A stretch of 64,000 nucleotides of DNA from an uncultured Candidatus Saccharibacteria bacterium (GCA_964520295.1 CAZFMQ010000001.1:84604-148603), one strand, 5' to 3'; shown: positions 1-10,632, counted from the stretch's first letter. The notes: generated by a model from the sequence alone, not told the origin. Numbers and translations: made by a program.

Positions 1-788
1 TCCAGAATCGCTTTGCTGATGGTGGCAAGATTGATATCGGTGCGTGGGCGTGGCGCAAACTATCTGTATTTTCAAATACCGTCGATGCACACACACCTGT
101 GGGCGCATTGGTGCGCACAAAAAATAATACTGATGTGTGGTCGTCTGCATTGCGCGAACGTATCCTCGGTGTACAGGAAAAGGGTGCCATTGGATTTTTG
201 CTTGCACAACGAATGGAGGGCGATGATTTGTTTTGGCATGTTGATTTTGACAACGCGCCTGATGGTTGGGTGTTTGCTGATATGTTGGCACGTGCACGAA
301 CGGATTTTGTAGCACGTATACGCTCGGTACTATGGTGGCTTTCCGGCATACTCTCGGTACTCGGCGGCGCAGTCGGGGTGTATTCATTCATTCGCTGGAA
401 AAAGATAACAAAACTACACCGCATGCAAATGCGCTTGTTGGAGAAAAAACTCACGCAGACAGATATAGCAGGCACGAACGTGCGTTGGGACCGTGTGGAG
501 GCCCTCGTTGCCTCTGATAACCCTGGTGATTGGCGCGTTGCCATTATTGAAGCGGACATCATGCTTGATGATTTAGTGACCAATATGGGCTATGGGGGAG
601 ATACGCTCGGTGAAAAACTAAAACGAATAGAAAAAAGTGATTTCACAACGCTGGAGAGCGCATGGGAGGCGCATAAAATACGCAATCGCATTGCGCACAG
701 TGGCTCTGACTTTATTCTCACTGCACGAGAAGCAAAACGCGTTATCGGTTTATTCCGTGATGTTTTTCGAGAGTTTGACTACGTCTAA
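1..788 (+). CDS. Hypothetical membrane protein, 5'-partial; the frame is open from the window start. Internal TM helix and a C-terminal alpha-helical domain with a HEPN-like R-x4-H motif (KIRNRIAHSG, nt 672-704).
   Basis: Frame of ORF 99..788 has no stop back to nt 3. Hydrophobic segment LWWLSGILSVLGGAVGVYSFI. The C-terminal RNRIAH matches the HEPN RNase consensus R-[NHQ]-xxx-H. Confidence 0.5.
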   Translation, partial: QNRFADGGKIDIGAWAWRKLSVFSNTVDAHTPVGALVRTKNNTDVWSSALRERILGVQEKGAIGFLLAQRMEGDDLFWHVDFDNAPDGWVFADMLARARTDFVARIRSVLWWLSGILSVLGGAVGVYSFIRWKKITKLHRMQMRLLEKKLTQTDIAGTNVRWDRVEALVASDNPGDWRVAIIEADIMLDDLVTNMGYGGDTLGEKLKRIEKSDFTTLESAWEAHKIRNRIAHSGSDFILTAREAKRVIGLFRDVFREFDYV

Positions 789-816
789 GTACACGTTATT
801 TGCTATACTACAACGT

Positions 817-2742
817 ATGGTTGATGCACTGGGAGGAGGCGACAGCCCTATTGAATCTCTCAACAAAAAAATCAATATGCCCGGTAATGAGGCACTGACG
901 AACGTACATCGTTCTGGTTTCCATGAGCCGCAGTATGATGTTGCAAATGATTTTCCACACGAACATGAGGTGCACCCTACTATGAAGCACATCACAAAAC
1001 ATCACTCAAAAGTGAAATGGTTTTTTATTGGCGCACTCGTGTTCTTTGTATGTGCACTGGGCTCCGCGTTCTTTTTCTTGTCAGGCAATCGCAATGTAGT
1101 ATCGGCAAGTAAAATTGATATTGCGGTATCGGGTCCAGTGATTATTGCATCGGGCGAGACCTTGCCACTTGCCATTGAGATACGAAACCGGAATGCGACC
1201 GCATTGCAAGTTGCAGATCTTATTATTGAATATCCTGAAGGTACGCGTTCTTCTGAGGATGTCAAAGTGAGCATACCACGTAAACGGTTGTCGTTAGGTG
1301 ATATTGGTGCTGGCAATCAGATTGCCACCGGAACAAGCGCCGTTCTTTTTGCAGAGGAGGGCACCGAACAGGCAATTCATGTAACACTTGAGTATCGTAT
1401 TGCGGGTTCTAATGCAATTTTAGTGAAAGAAGCAGAGTTTGTGGTTCGGGTTGGCGCATCACCGCTTGCGTTGTCAGTGAGTGCGCCAACACAATTCAAT
1501 GCAGGACAGGAAGCAACGATTACGCTTTCTATTGTATCTAATAGCTCGGTGTTGCTTGAAGATGTAGTACTTGCTGCAGAATATCCATTCGGCTTTGTGT
1601 TCAAGGAAAGCACACCGTCTCCAACGGTATCGGAGGGCGTGTGGTCACTCGGCGATATTGAACCAGAAGGTAAGCGCACCATTACTATCAAGGGGACTAT
1701 TGCTGCGCAGAACAACGAAGATCGTGTATTTCGTTTTCGTGCAGGTTTGGCGACGGCGGGCGATGATACCAAGCTCGGTACCGCCTTTGCGCAGGTAGAT
1801 CATGTCGTATCTATTTTGCGACCGTTTATTGAAACACGCGTTTTGGTGAATGGGCAAGCCGATGGCACCGCAAACATTTCGCCTGGTGGACAGACACGTG
1901 TAGACATTTCATGGCGCAATAATTTACCATCACGCATCACTGATGCGGTGGTAACAGCACGTATTGAAGGTGATGCAGTGAATGAACGCACAATCAGCGG
2001 ACTCAAAGGATTTTACAATTCCGCAAATAACACCATGACGTGGGACAAGCGCGACTCGCCAGAGTTAGGTGTCATTGCTGCGGGTGAAACGGGTGCGGTG
2101 ATGTTTACCTTCAATGCACAGACGGTAGCGCAAGGCGGTGGTCGTATTGATCCGAATATTACGGTAGTCGTTTCTATTGTTGGCAATGCAGTGTCTGAAA
2201 GCGGTACGCCACAGCAGGTTACCGCACAGGTGCAACGTGCGGTGCGCGTTTCGTCAGAGATTATGTTGTCTGCGCGTGCGGTGCGCACCGTTGGACCGTT
2301 GGAGACGATGGGACCGTTACCGCCAAAGGTTGAACAAAAATCAACGTACACAATTATTTGGAGTATTGCCAATGCGGTCAACGATGTATCGGGGGCGACC
2401 GTGCGTGCCGTTTTGCCGCAGTACATGTCATGGGAGAATGTACAGAGTCCGTCTTCGGAGGATATTCGCTACGACAGTGCAACACACGAAGTGGTATGGC
2501 GCCCCGGCCTCATTCGCTCTGGTGTTGGCTACAGCACGCCGGCACGTTCAGTAGCATTTCAGGTTGGTTTGACGCCGTCGCTGTCACAAGTTGGCACGCC
2601 ACCAACACTCATAGGCGCAGCCACACTCTCAGGTACTGATGATACCGCTGGTATTTCCGTCAGTGCACAGGCGCAATCACTCAACACGACGCTCTATACT
2701 GATCCAGGCTTCCAAGCGGGCTGGGATAATGTGGTTGAATAA
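817..2742 (+). CDS. Large surface protein with an N-terminal TM anchor and about 5 repeated Ig-like DUF11/CARDB-type domains
   Basis: ORF 637..2742 overlaps the upstream gene, so the likely start is ATG 817 (or 877). Repeated pattern L..I.N.G...A..V.v..lP.G, for example LAIEIRNRNATALQVADLIIEYPEG. Hydrophobic helix WFFIGALVFFVCALGSAFFFL. Confidence 0.6.
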   Translation: MVDALGGGDSPIESLNKKINMPGNEALTNVHRSGFHEPQYDVANDFPHEHEVHPTMKHITKHHSKVKWFFIGALVFFVCALGSAFFFLSGNRNVVSASKIDIAVSGPVIIASGETLPLAIEIRNRNATALQVADLIIEYPEGTRSSEDVKVSIPRKRLSLGDIGAGNQIATGTSAVLFAEEGTEQAIHVTLEYRIAGSNAILVKEAEFVVRVGASPLALSVSAPTQFNAGQEATITLSIVSNSSVLLEDVVLAAEYPFGFVFKESTPSPTVSEGVWSLGDIEPEGKRTITIKGTIAAQNNEDRVFRFRAGLATAGDDTKLGTAFAQVDHVVSILRPFIETRVLVNGQADGTANISPGGQTRVDISWRNNLPSRITDAVVTARIEGDAVNERTISGLKGFYNSANNTMTWDKRDSPELGVIAAGETGAVMFTFNAQTVAQGGGRIDPNITVVVSIVGNAVSESGTPQQVTAQVQRAVRVSSEIMLSARAVRTVGPLETMGPLPPKVEQKSTYTIIWSIANAVNDVSGATVRAVLPQYMSWENVQSPSSEDIRYDSATHEVVWRPGLIRSGVGYSTPARSVAFQVGLTPSLSQVGTPPTLIGAATLSGTDDTAGISVSAQAQSLNTTLYTDPGFQAGWDNVVE

Positions 2743-2762
2743 TTCTGCGCTATACTATATTT

Positions 2763-3818
2763 ATGAACAACATGACTATTCACATTTCTGCGGCATCTGT
2801 ACTCAAGACACTACTCATTCTTGTTGGTGCGTACGTGTTGTATGTACTGCATGATTTGGCGCTCATTGTCCTTGCCGCTATCGTTATTGCATCGGCAACA
2901 GAACCGGCAACGGCATGGTTTATGCGTTGGAAGTTTCCGCGCACTGCTGCAGTGGTGTCGGTATACCTTCTGGTCGCCGCCGCTCTTTCGGGCATCATCT
3001 ACTTCTTACTGCCTTCATTGCTTTCCGAAGTCGCTGCCTTCTTAGGGCAGATTCCACAATACATCAGTGCACTTGATTTCAAGCCACTTATTGAGCGTTT
3101 TGGCGCACCAGAATCAAGCATGACCGTACAAAATCTTTCAGAGACGTTGTCGGCAAATGATCTTGTATCTGCCGCGCGGTCGCTCCTTGCTATTCCGGGA
3201 AGCGCATTCCGCATTATTTCAACGGTGTTCGGTGGCGTGTTCTCATTCGTACTCGTGTTAGTGCTTTCATTTTACCTCTCTGTACAAGAGGATGGTATTC
3301 CAGATTTCTTGCGCTTGATTACACCACACAAGCATCAAGCATACGTTCTTGATCTCTGGAAGCGCTCACAGCGTAAAATCGGTCAGTGGATGCAAGGGCA
3401 GCTGCTCTTGATGATTATCGTGGGTTTGCTCGTGTTCCTCGGCCTCACCATTCTAGATGTAAAGCACGCATTGCTGTTCGCCATCATCGCAGGTCTACTT
3501 GAGCTTATTCCGCTCTTTGGTCCTATTCTTGCCGCTATTCCTGCAGCTGCTGTTGGGTTTAGCCAAGGTGGTGTAACGCTGACCCTTATGGTTATTGGTC
3601 TGTATCTCATCATTCAACAATTTGAAAATCACCTCCTGTATCCGCTTGTGGTGAATAAGGTGGTGGGTGTGCCTGCAATGGTGGTAATTCTCGCGCTTAT
3701 CGTCGGAGCAGAGCTTGCGGGCTTTCTCGGCGCACTCTTGTCGGTGCCTATTGCTGCCGCATTGATGGAGTTAGTGCATGATGCAAAACAGCGCGCACAA
3801 CAGCAACCGTCATCATAG
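2763..3818 (+). CDS. AI-2E family transporter (PerM/UPF0118)
   Basis: 351 aa polytopic membrane protein with a characteristic AI-2E topology and C-terminal half (LELIPLFGPILAAIPAA...). Confidence 0.8.
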   Translation: MNNMTIHISAASVLKTLLILVGAYVLYVLHDLALIVLAAIVIASATEPATAWFMRWKFPRTAAVVSVYLLVAAALSGIIYFLLPSLLSEVAAFLGQIPQYISALDFKPLIERFGAPESSMTVQNLSETLSANDLVSAARSLLAIPGSAFRIISTVFGGVFSFVLVLVLSFYLSVQEDGIPDFLRLITPHKHQAYVLDLWKRSQRKIGQWMQGQLLLMIIVGLLVFLGLTILDVKHALLFAIIAGLLELIPLFGPILAAIPAAAVGFSQGGVTLTLMVIGLYLIIQQFENHLLYPLVVNKVVGVPAMVVILALIVGAELAGFLGALLSVPIAAALMELVHDAKQRAQQQPSS

Positions 3819-3820
3819 TC

Positions 3821-4612
3821 ATGCAGTATCGTTTGTTTGATATACACTCACATCTCAACTTTCCGCAGTTTGATGCTGACAGGGAAGAGATTATTGCGCG
3901 CATGCGCACAGATGGCATCGGTACGATTACCATTGGCACGAGTTTAGAAACATCACGCCAAGCAATTGCACTCGCACGTCAACACGAGCATGTGTTTGCA
4001 ACCATCGGCATACATCCGACAGATACCGAAGTGTTTGATGCACCTGCGTTTGTCGAACTTGTTGCTGATCCAAATGTGGTGGCGATAGGTGAGTGTGGTT
4101 TGGATTACTATCGCGATCAATCCAGCGAGACAAAAGCACACCAACGAAATGTATTTCAACAACAACTGGTGTTTGCGCGTGAACACAACCTACCAGTGAT
4201 GATTCATGGCAGACCAAGCGCAGGAAGTATGGATGCGTACGAAGATACCATTGCATTGCTGAAGGAGTATGAGGTGAAAGGGAATGTGCATTTTTTTGTG
4301 GGTACAACAGCCATTGCACAGCAGTTTTTGGATTTGGGATTCACGCTTTCATTTGATGGTCCTATTACGTTTACACATGACTATGACGACGTCGTGCGCT
4401 ATGTGCCCGCCGACGCACTTATGGCTGAAACTGACTCACCGTTTGCCGCTCCAGCACCGTTTCGTGGCAAACGAGCCGATCCGACTATGGTGCAGTATGT
4501 GGCAGAGCGCATAGCGGAGATTAGGGGGGTAGAACAAGAGGAAATGAAGCGCCAATTGACCGAAAATGCCCTCACGGCGTTCGCCCTTCCACCCCGCGAA
4601 GGGAGGTTCTAA
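3821..4612 (+). CDS. tatD: TatD family Mg-dependent DNase/hydrolase
   Basis: N-terminal FDIHSHLNF, plus GECGLDYY and the FHGR..A/FDG motifs typical of TatD. Confidence 0.88.
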   Translation: MQYRLFDIHSHLNFPQFDADREEIIARMRTDGIGTITIGTSLETSRQAIALARQHEHVFATIGIHPTDTEVFDAPAFVELVADPNVVAIGECGLDYYRDQSSETKAHQRNVFQQQLVFAREHNLPVMIHGRPSAGSMDAYEDTIALLKEYEVKGNVHFFVGTTAIAQQFLDLGFTLSFDGPITFTHDYDDVVRYVPADALMAETDSPFAAPAPFRGKRADPTMVQYVAERIAEIRGVEQEEMKRQLTENALTAFALPPREGRF

Positions 4613-4680
4613 AATCCTGATAAAGTCCTTATTTTACGGTCTTGCGGGGTTTTTGCTTATGTGCTACTGTGTATCCCGCA

Positions 4681-5199
4681 ATGCAAGAATTTGAAAATAC
4701 AGTACATGACGGCGATGACGAGCTTCGTATCTACGAACTCGGCTTTCATATTGTGCCTACCGTCGGCGATGAAGGTGTCACAGGCGAAGTAGAAGGCGTT
4801 CGTGGCGTAATTGCCAAGAATGGCGGTTCAGTGCTTTTTGAAGAGGTGCCACAACTCATGCGTTTGGCATACTCACTTGAGCGCGTTATTGCCCGCAAGC
4901 ACCACTCATTTGATACCGCATATTTTGGTTGGATTGTGTTTGAAGCAACACCACGTGGTGCACACGCCGTAAAAGAAGCAATGCGCCACAATGAGCACAT
5001 TGTCCGTTCACTGATGGTTAAGACTGAACGAGACGCAGACATCGTGCGTCATCCCGCAACAGCACGCGCAGAGAAGCAAGTAGATGCATCACGCACCGAG
5101 GAGCGGGCAGAAGAGAAGCCAGCACCTGCAGCAGAAGCACAAGGAGAGCCAATGTCTACTGAGCAGATGGACGCAGAAATTGAGAAGCTCGTTGTGTAA
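4681..5199 (+). CDS. rpsF: 30S ribosomal protein S6 with acidic C-terminal tail
   Basis: S6 fold signature (YE..F....QLMRLAYSLERV...HSFDTAYFGWIVFEA...VKEAMRH.EHIVRSLMVKTE). Classical rpsF-ssb-rpsR order. Start taken at ATG 4681. Confidence 0.85.
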   Translation: MQEFENTVHDGDDELRIYELGFHIVPTVGDEGVTGEVEGVRGVIAKNGGSVLFEEVPQLMRLAYSLERVIARKHHSFDTAYFGWIVFEATPRGAHAVKEAMRHNEHIVRSLMVKTERDADIVRHPATARAEKQVDASRTEERAEEKPAPAAEAQGEPMSTEQMDAEIEKLVV

Positions 5200-5216
5200 T
5201 TTCGTAACAATCAACC

Positions 5217-5678
5217 ATGTATATCAATAAAGCGCTCTTGTACGGAAATTTGACTCGCGATCCTGAACAGCGCACGTTGCCTTCGGGAGCAGCAGTGACC
5301 TCATTCTCTGTTGCTACGAACCGCGTGTGGAAAGACCGTGATGGTAACCGCCAAGAATCTACCGATTATCACAATGTTGTGGTGTTCGGTAAGCAGGCAG
5401 AGACCGTTGCGCAATATCTTCGCAAAGGTTCCAGCGCATTTGTTGAGGGACGCATTGTCACAAGAAGCTGGGACGGTACTGACGGACAGAAACGCTATCG
5501 CACCGAGATTATTGCCGAGCGCGTGCAGTTTGGTCCACGAGCAGGAGGTGGTGCACCAGCGGCAGGAGGCTTCAATAAGCGCGATGATGCTCCGCAAGAG
5601 AAAGAGCCCGCACTTGATACCATTCAATATCCTGACGCAGAAGAAGAGGGTATCAATCCAGAAGATATTCCATTTTAG
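5217..5678 (+). CDS. ssb: Single-stranded DNA-binding protein
   Basis: OB-fold N-terminus (NKALLYGNLTRDPE...VVFGKQAE), Gly/Pro-rich linker, acidic C-terminus ending DIPF. Confidence 0.93.
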   Translation: MYINKALLYGNLTRDPEQRTLPSGAAVTSFSVATNRVWKDRDGNRQESTDYHNVVVFGKQAETVAQYLRKGSSAFVEGRIVTRSWDGTDGQKRYRTEIIAERVQFGPRAGGGAPAAGGFNKRDDAPQEKEPALDTIQYPDAEEEGINPEDIPF

Positions 5679-5699
5679 TAGACAGACACAGACATTCGT

Positions 5700-5906
5700 A
5701 TGACAAAAACAAACTGCTTCTTCACGGAGCACAACATCAAAAAAATAGATTACAAAGATACCGTATTGCTCAAGCGATTTCTCAATCCGTACGGTCGTAT
5801 CAAGACACGCCGTTACACAGGCGTCTGTGGCAAGCACCAGCGTCAGCTCGCACTTGCTATCAAACGTGCCCGCTTTATGGGTCTTATCCCATACATCACT
5901 AATTAG
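5700..5906 (+). CDS. rpsR: 30S ribosomal protein S18
   Basis: 68 aa. IDYKDTVLLKRFLNPYGRIKTRRYTGVCGKHQRQLALAIKRARFMGLIPY is the canonical S18 core. Confidence 0.93.
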   Translation: MTKTNCFFTEHNIKKIDYKDTVLLKRFLNPYGRIKTRRYTGVCGKHQRQLALAIKRARFMGLIPYITN

Positions 5907-5960
5907 TAGGATATAACAGGGTTCTGCAGGTGCAGGATTCTGTTTTTCTTTTTCTGACGT

Positions 5961-6521
5961 ATGCTCAACTACAACGAAATTACCGCCGGCAAAGTTATTC
6001 TCTTTAACGATGAACCCTATGCGGTGTTGGATTCTCATGTGTTCCGTAAACAACAGCGCAAGCCGGTCAACCAGACAAAACTCAAGAACCTCATTACGGG
6101 CAAAGTGACCGAGAACTCATTTCACGTATCTGAAAAAGCAGAGGAGGCAGAGATTGAGGACAGGGCGTTGACGTACATCTACAACAATCGCGGAGAATGG
6201 TGGTTCCACACAACAGGCAATCCCAGTGATCGCACCACACTTCCTACAGATGTTCTCGGTGATCAGGCACAGTTTCTCAAAGAGAAAATGGAAGTCGTTG
6301 GATTGTATTTCAATGACCGCGTCATCGGCGTGCGCCTTCCGATTAAGGTGGTGTATAAAGTTGTTGAAGCGCCTCCCACCATTCGTGGTAACACTGCACA
6401 GGGGGGCAACAAGTTGGTAAAAATTGAAACAGGAGCGTCCATTACAACGCCGATGTTTGTTGAAGAAGGGGATAGTATTGAAATTAACACGCAGACAGGC
6501 GAATACGTGGGTAGAGCATAG
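5961..6521 (+). CDS. efp: Elongation factor P
   Basis: 186 aa with the KPVNQTKLKNLITG loop region and three OB-like domains. Strong family resemblance. Confidence 0.9.
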   Translation: MLNYNEITAGKVILFNDEPYAVLDSHVFRKQQRKPVNQTKLKNLITGKVTENSFHVSEKAEEAEIEDRALTYIYNNRGEWWFHTTGNPSDRTTLPTDVLGDQAQFLKEKMEVVGLYFNDRVIGVRLPIKVVYKVVEAPPTIRGNTAQGGNKLVKIETGASITTPMFVEEGDSIEINTQTGEYVGRA

Positions 6522-6538
6522 AAAGAATATCAGAGTAA

Positions 6539-6574
6539 GAGCTCTAAGCGCTTGCAGCGCTTAGAGCTCTTTTG
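6539..6574. terminator. Rho-independent terminator: perfect 13-bp stem GAGCTCTAAGCGC/GCGCTTAGAGCTC, loop TTGCA, then TTTT
   Basis: Read directly at 6539-6573, between convergent efp (+) and recA (-). Confidence 0.8.
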
Positions 6575-6613
6575 CTATATGGTACGTGATTTCTGTTCCC
6601 TGTGTCCCTTATT

Positions 6614-7636
6614 TTACTGCACCTCCAACTTCTCGCGAATTGCTTTCATAAGTGCCTTCGCGGTGTCTTTATTTTCTTTATCTTTAAGGAAGAGACGTGC
6701 TGCATCATATCCGCGTCCGAGCATGAGATCACCATATCTGTATGATGAACCACTTTTCTCCACGATGCCGTATTTTTCTCCGAGTGCGAGCATTTCACCC
6801 TCACGTGAAATACCTTCGGGGAAAATCAAATCAAACTCGGCAACACGGAATGGGGCAGCGACTTTGTTTTTTACTACTTTCACACGAACGCGCCCACCGA
6901 TAACATCTTCACCTTTCTTGATTTGCGCAATACGGCGCACGTCCAAGCGTACTGAAGAGTAAAACTTTAGTGCGTTACCGCCCGGTGTTGTCTCTGGGTT
7001 GCCAAACATTACACCGATTTTCATACGGATTTGGTTGATGAAAATCACAATGGTCTTACTGCGCGCCACAATCGCGGTGAGTTTACGCAACGCTTGTGAC
7101 ATGAGGCGCGCCTGTTTACCAACGTGCTGTGCGCCCATCTCTCCTTCAATCTCATCTTTTGGTGTGAGTGCGGCAACGGAGTCTACCACGATGATGTCTA
7201 TCTTACCGGTGCGCACCAAACTCTCAACGATTTCAAGTGCTTGCTCTCCGGTGTCTGGTTGTGAAATGAGCAATTCGTCTACTTTGACGCCTAATTTACG
7301 AGCGTATTCAGGATCCATCGCGTGTTCGGCATCAACGTAGGCGCAAATACCACCTTCTTTTTGTGCTTCAGCAACGGCGTGCATCGCGAGTGTTGATTTA
7401 CCAGAGCTTTCAGGTCCGTAGATTTCTATGATGCGTCCGCGAGGGAAACCACCAATACCAAGTGCCGCATCCAATGAAAGAGAACCTGATGATATGGAGG
7501 CGACATCAACGCGCGGGCGCGTGCCGAGCATCATGATGGCGTCTTCACCAAACTTCGTTTTGATTTGTTTCAGTGTGTCTTCAATTTCTCCCGAGGTTTT
7601 TTTGGGCTCCGCGGAGGCCTTTTTCTTTAGTGCCAT
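6614..7636 (-). CDS. recA: Recombinase RecA
   Basis: Walker [19 protein letters not shown]-like [11 protein letters not shown], and conserved L1/L2 regions. 340 aa. Confidence 0.97.
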   Translation of the reverse strand: MALKKKASAEPKKTSGEIEDTLKQIKTKFGEDAIMMLGTRPRVDVASISSGSLSLDAALGIGGFPRGRIIEIYGPESSGKSTLAMHAVAEAQKEGGICAYVDAEHAMDPEYARKLGVKVDELLISQPDTGEQALEIVESLVRTGKIDIIVVDSVAALTPKDEIEGEMGAQHVGKQARLMSQALRKLTAIVARSKTIVIFINQIRMKIGVMFGNPETTPGGNALKFYSSVRLDVRRIAQIKKGEDVIGGRVRVKVVKNKVAAPFRVAEFDLIFPEGISREGEMLALGEKYGIVEKSGSSYRYGDLMLGRGYDAARLFLKDKENKDTAKALMKAIREKLEVQ

Positions 7637-7692
7637 ATGTCGTTCTACTATGAATATACTTCTAATGGTATCACGTTGCTGATAAAGAATTT

Positions 7693-8202
7693 CTAAAGCG
7701 CATCAGGTGTCGTGCTTGCGTCAAGACGCTCTTCAGGCGCGTCAGACACGTCTGACGCGCCTGTATCCACACCATTGGCATCATCCGCCACGCTATCCTC
7801 AATATGCACGGTTGTGCTGGCAGTGCTAGATGCAACAGGAGGGAAGTATGAAGTGTCATCAGGCGTGTAGAGGCCACGCACAGATACCGTTTTTGTTCGT
7901 CCAAATCTATCGGTAACAGCCGCCTCAATGACCGCATAGCCGGGTACCAACGGCACGCTACGTTCAAAAGTACCTTCCTCATCTATAAAAATAGGGTTGC
8001 CATTGAGTGTGATGTGGGTAATGCGGTGTGCGTATCCGCGCACAATAACAGGGCTCGTGTGCACCGAAAATCCGTCTGTAGGTTCTTGAATAACGATTTC
8101 AGGCCCCATTAAATAGGGATGTGCCTCAAAGTACGCATAGCCGAGAATGATGCACAGCAGAAGGATGAGTGCGCCGCGTGAAATTGCTTTATACGTTGCC
8201 AT
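7693..8202 (-). CDS. Hypothetical membrane-anchored protein with a low-complexity acidic/Ser-Thr C-terminal tail, co-directional between ftsK and recA
   Basis: N-terminal TM helix ([14 protein letters not shown]). No recognisable family. Confidence 0.5.
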   Translation of the reverse strand: MATYKAISRGALILLLCIILGYAYFEAHPYLMGPEIVIQEPTDGFSVHTSPVIVRGYAHRITHITLNGNPIFIDEEGTFERSVPLVPGYAVIEAAVTDRFGRTKTVSVRGLYTPDDTSYFPPVASSTASTTVHIEDSVADDANGVDTGASDVSDAPEERLDASTTPDAL

Positions 8203-8204
8203 AC

Positions 8205-10424
8205 CTATGCCTCGTCATCCGCACCACCATCATCCGTTGCGGTGCCATGTGCTACCAAAATTTCACGCGGCTTGCTTCCATCGGCAGGACCGATAACGCC
8301 TCGTTCTTCCAAAATATCCATAAGACGTGCCGCGCGCGAATAGCCAATACGCAATTTGCGTTGCAAGTACGATGTAGACGCTTTGCCGGCGCGAATCACA
8401 ATGTCGCGCGCATCCTCAAACAAATCATCATCAATCTCATTATCGTCTTCTATACCGCTACCAGAACCGCTCTCACCACCGAGATCAATGGCATATTCCA
8501 TTTCCGTTGTGCCGTCATCATGGCTTCGCAAGAAATCAGTCACTTTTTTCACTTCTTTTTCAGAAATAAACGCTGATTGAATACGTCGCGGCTTTGCCAT
8601 CTCACCGCCTTGATAGAGCATGTCACCAGCACCGAGCAATTTTTCGGCACCACTGCTATCCAAAATAGTACGTGAGTCAATTTGTGATGCCACCTGCAGG
8701 GCAACGCGCGCCGGCACGTTCGCCTTAATAAGCCCAGTGATGACGTTGACTGAAGGACGCTGTGTTGAAAGTATGAGGTGAATACCCACGGCGCGCGACA
8801 TTTGCGCCAAACGCACAATGGCTGATTCCAGCTCACGCGGGAACGACGTCATGATGTCGGCGAGCTCATCAATAACCACCACGATATACGGCATTGCTTC
8901 AGGCGCGTCAGGTTGCTCGGCGCTACGAATAGCACCTGCTTCACCCACAACGCTTTCATGATATGAGGCAATATCGCGCACGCGATGTTCCTGCAACACG
9001 TTATAACGGCGTTCCATTTCTTTGGTGAGCCATTTGAGCGACAAAATTGCCTTCTTTGGATCTGTAATCACTGGAGTCAGCAAGTGCGGAATACCGTTGT
9101 ACAGCGTCAATTCCACGCGCTTCGGATCAATCATCACAAAACGCAATGTGTTCGGGCCATTTCGGAACAGCAGAGAATTGATGAAGGCGTGAATGGTAAC
9201 GGATTTACCAGAACCCGTTGCACCTGCAATCAATGCGTGTGGCATCTTTGCGACGTTGGCAAACACTGACACACCTTCCACATCACGTCCTACGGCAACC
9301 ATCAATGGATTGCGCGAGTTGGTGTACTCATCAGAGGCAAGGAGCGATGCAAGTCCAATAGTTGCTTTTGCAGTATTTGGTACTTCAATACCGACAAGTG
9401 CCTTGCCAGGGATTGGTGCTTCAATACGCACAGGGTGCGCCGCCAGCGCAAGTTCAAGATTTTTCTGCAAGCCGAGAATTTTGTTGAGACGCACACCTTC
9501 GGCGGGCTTCATGGCGTAGCGCGTTACCGATGGACCGATTGAGATTTCATCCATGGCCACATCAATACCAAAGTTTTGCAGTGTGCGTTTGATGATATTT
9601 GCATTTGCTTTGATATCACCGACGCCGGGTTTGCCGGAATCTCGCGCAAAGATAGAGAGTGGCGGTGGCGTGTATGCACCTGCAATTGCAGGAATGGCTG
9701 TCAGCGCCACCGCTTCTTTTTTACCAAATGAGAATAGCCCTGCTTTTTTGACGCGTGGCTCGTCATCTTCTGCATCATCTGCATCGGCATCATCCGACGC
9801 CTCATCATCTGCATCAGGCGTTTGTTGGGGAAGGGTAGAGACAACCTCTACATCATCATCTTCAAAATCTTCTTCGTCTTCTTCTTGCTCGGCGCGGAGT
9901 TCTGCACGACGCTCTTGCCATGCACGCCACGCTGCAACAGGGTGTGTGTTGAGGAGCACTAACAGAGAAATAGAGAAGAGTGCAAGCAATGAGACGGCGG
10001 TTCCAGCGATATCAAATAAATTGACAAGCGGATGTGTAATGAAAGCACCGATGAGCCCGCCACTTTCAGGAAATGCTAGCTCAAGCAATCCAAGACCTGC
10101 GAGCAAAAAAAGTGCAGAGCCGATGATATTGGTAGCGGCAAAGTTCGCCTTCTCTGATCTAAAGTAATTGATTGAGAGCAGAAGGGTGAGGGTGGGGAGG
10201 AGGAAGTAGCCGACGCCAAGTAGGTGTGAGAACCATGAAAATACGTGCGAACCAACAACCCCCGCTTTATTGAATGCAGAGAGAAAAAGGAAGAGTGTGA
10301 TAAGTAAAAAAACAACTGCGAGTACCGCGTACCAGGTCTCTTCTTGTAGTCCAAGAGAGAGAGAAGAACGTTCTTTTTCAACGATGCTGCGCTTGTCTTT
10401 CTTTGCTGATTTTTTCTTTGCCAT
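8205..10424 (-). CDS. ftsK: DNA translocase FtsK/SpoIIIE: N-terminal membrane domain, acidic D/E linker, C-terminal motor plus gamma domain
   Basis: Walker A AGATGSGKS, VVIDELADIM, and the C-terminal winged-helix gamma domain (RAARLMDILEERGVIGP). Confidence 0.95.
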   Translation of the reverse strand: MAKKKSAKKDKRSIVEKERSSLSLGLQEETWYAVLAVVFLLITLFLFLSAFNKAGVVGSHVFSWFSHLLGVGYFLLPTLTLLLSINYFRSEKANFAATNIIGSALFLLAGLGLLELAFPESGGLIGAFITHPLVNLFDIAGTAVSLLALFSISLLVLLNTHPVAAWRAWQERRAELRAEQEEDEEDFEDDDVEVVSTLPQQTPDADDEASDDADADDAEDDEPRVKKAGLFSFGKKEAVALTAIPAIAGAYTPPPLSIFARDSGKPGVGDIKANANIIKRTLQNFGIDVAMDEISIGPSVTRYAMKPAEGVRLNKILGLQKNLELALAAHPVRIEAPIPGKALVGIEVPNTAKATIGLASLLASDEYTNSRNPLMVAVGRDVEGVSVFANVAKMPHALIAGATGSGKSVTIHAFINSLLFRNGPNTLRFVMIDPKRVELTLYNGIPHLLTPVITDPKKAILSLKWLTKEMERRYNVLQEHRVRDIASYHESVVGEAGAIRSAEQPDAPEAMPYIVVVIDELADIMTSFPRELESAIVRLAQMSRAVGIHLILSTQRPSVNVITGLIKANVPARVALQVASQIDSRTILDSSGAEKLLGAGDMLYQGGEMAKPRRIQSAFISEKEVKKVTDFLRSHDDGTTEMEYAIDLGGESGSGSGIEDDNEIDDDLFEDARDIVIRAGKASTSYLQRKLRIGYSRAARLMDILEERGVIGPADGSKPREILVAHGTATDDGGADDEA

Positions 10425-10470
10425 GCTACTCGTATTGTAACACGCAATGCCTGTGGATAACTCAAAAATA

Positions 10471-10632
10471 GGGAACGGGGAACAGATGACAGGGAAGAGA
10501 AAATACGAAGAAGACCAAATCTCCCATTGGAGATTCAGTTTCTAGATATTCAGGGTTCGGAGCCCCACTTGGGGCTCCGAACCCCAAGTGCATTCACCCC
10601 GTTCCCTGTGAACTAGCCCCCGTTCCCAACCA
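10471..10632 (+). repeat. MITE/REP-like intergenic element, copy 1. Imperfect terminal inverted repeats (GGGAACGGGG...ACAGGGAA) enclose a perfect 13-bp hairpin (10554-10583) and the conserved tail AAGTGCATTCACCCCGTTCCCTGTGAACTAGCCCCCGTTCCC.
   Basis: Left end 10471-10498 gggaacggggaacagatgacagggaaga. The reverse complement of the right end 10595-10627 is gggaacgggggctagttcacagggaacgggg. The hairpin ggttcggagcccc-actt-ggggctccgaacc was read directly. Confidence 0.55.

Noticed and set aside
5301-6053. 250-aa minus-strand ORF spanning ssb, rpsR and efp
   Set aside because: It is antisense to three strongly recognisable genes and has no family features. It is a typical spurious shadow ORF.
10471-10632. 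GGGAAC-rich repeats considered as a degenerate CRISPR array
   Set aside because: The units are 7-10 nt half-sites and hairpins without regular repeat-spacer periodicity. No cas genes are present in the window.
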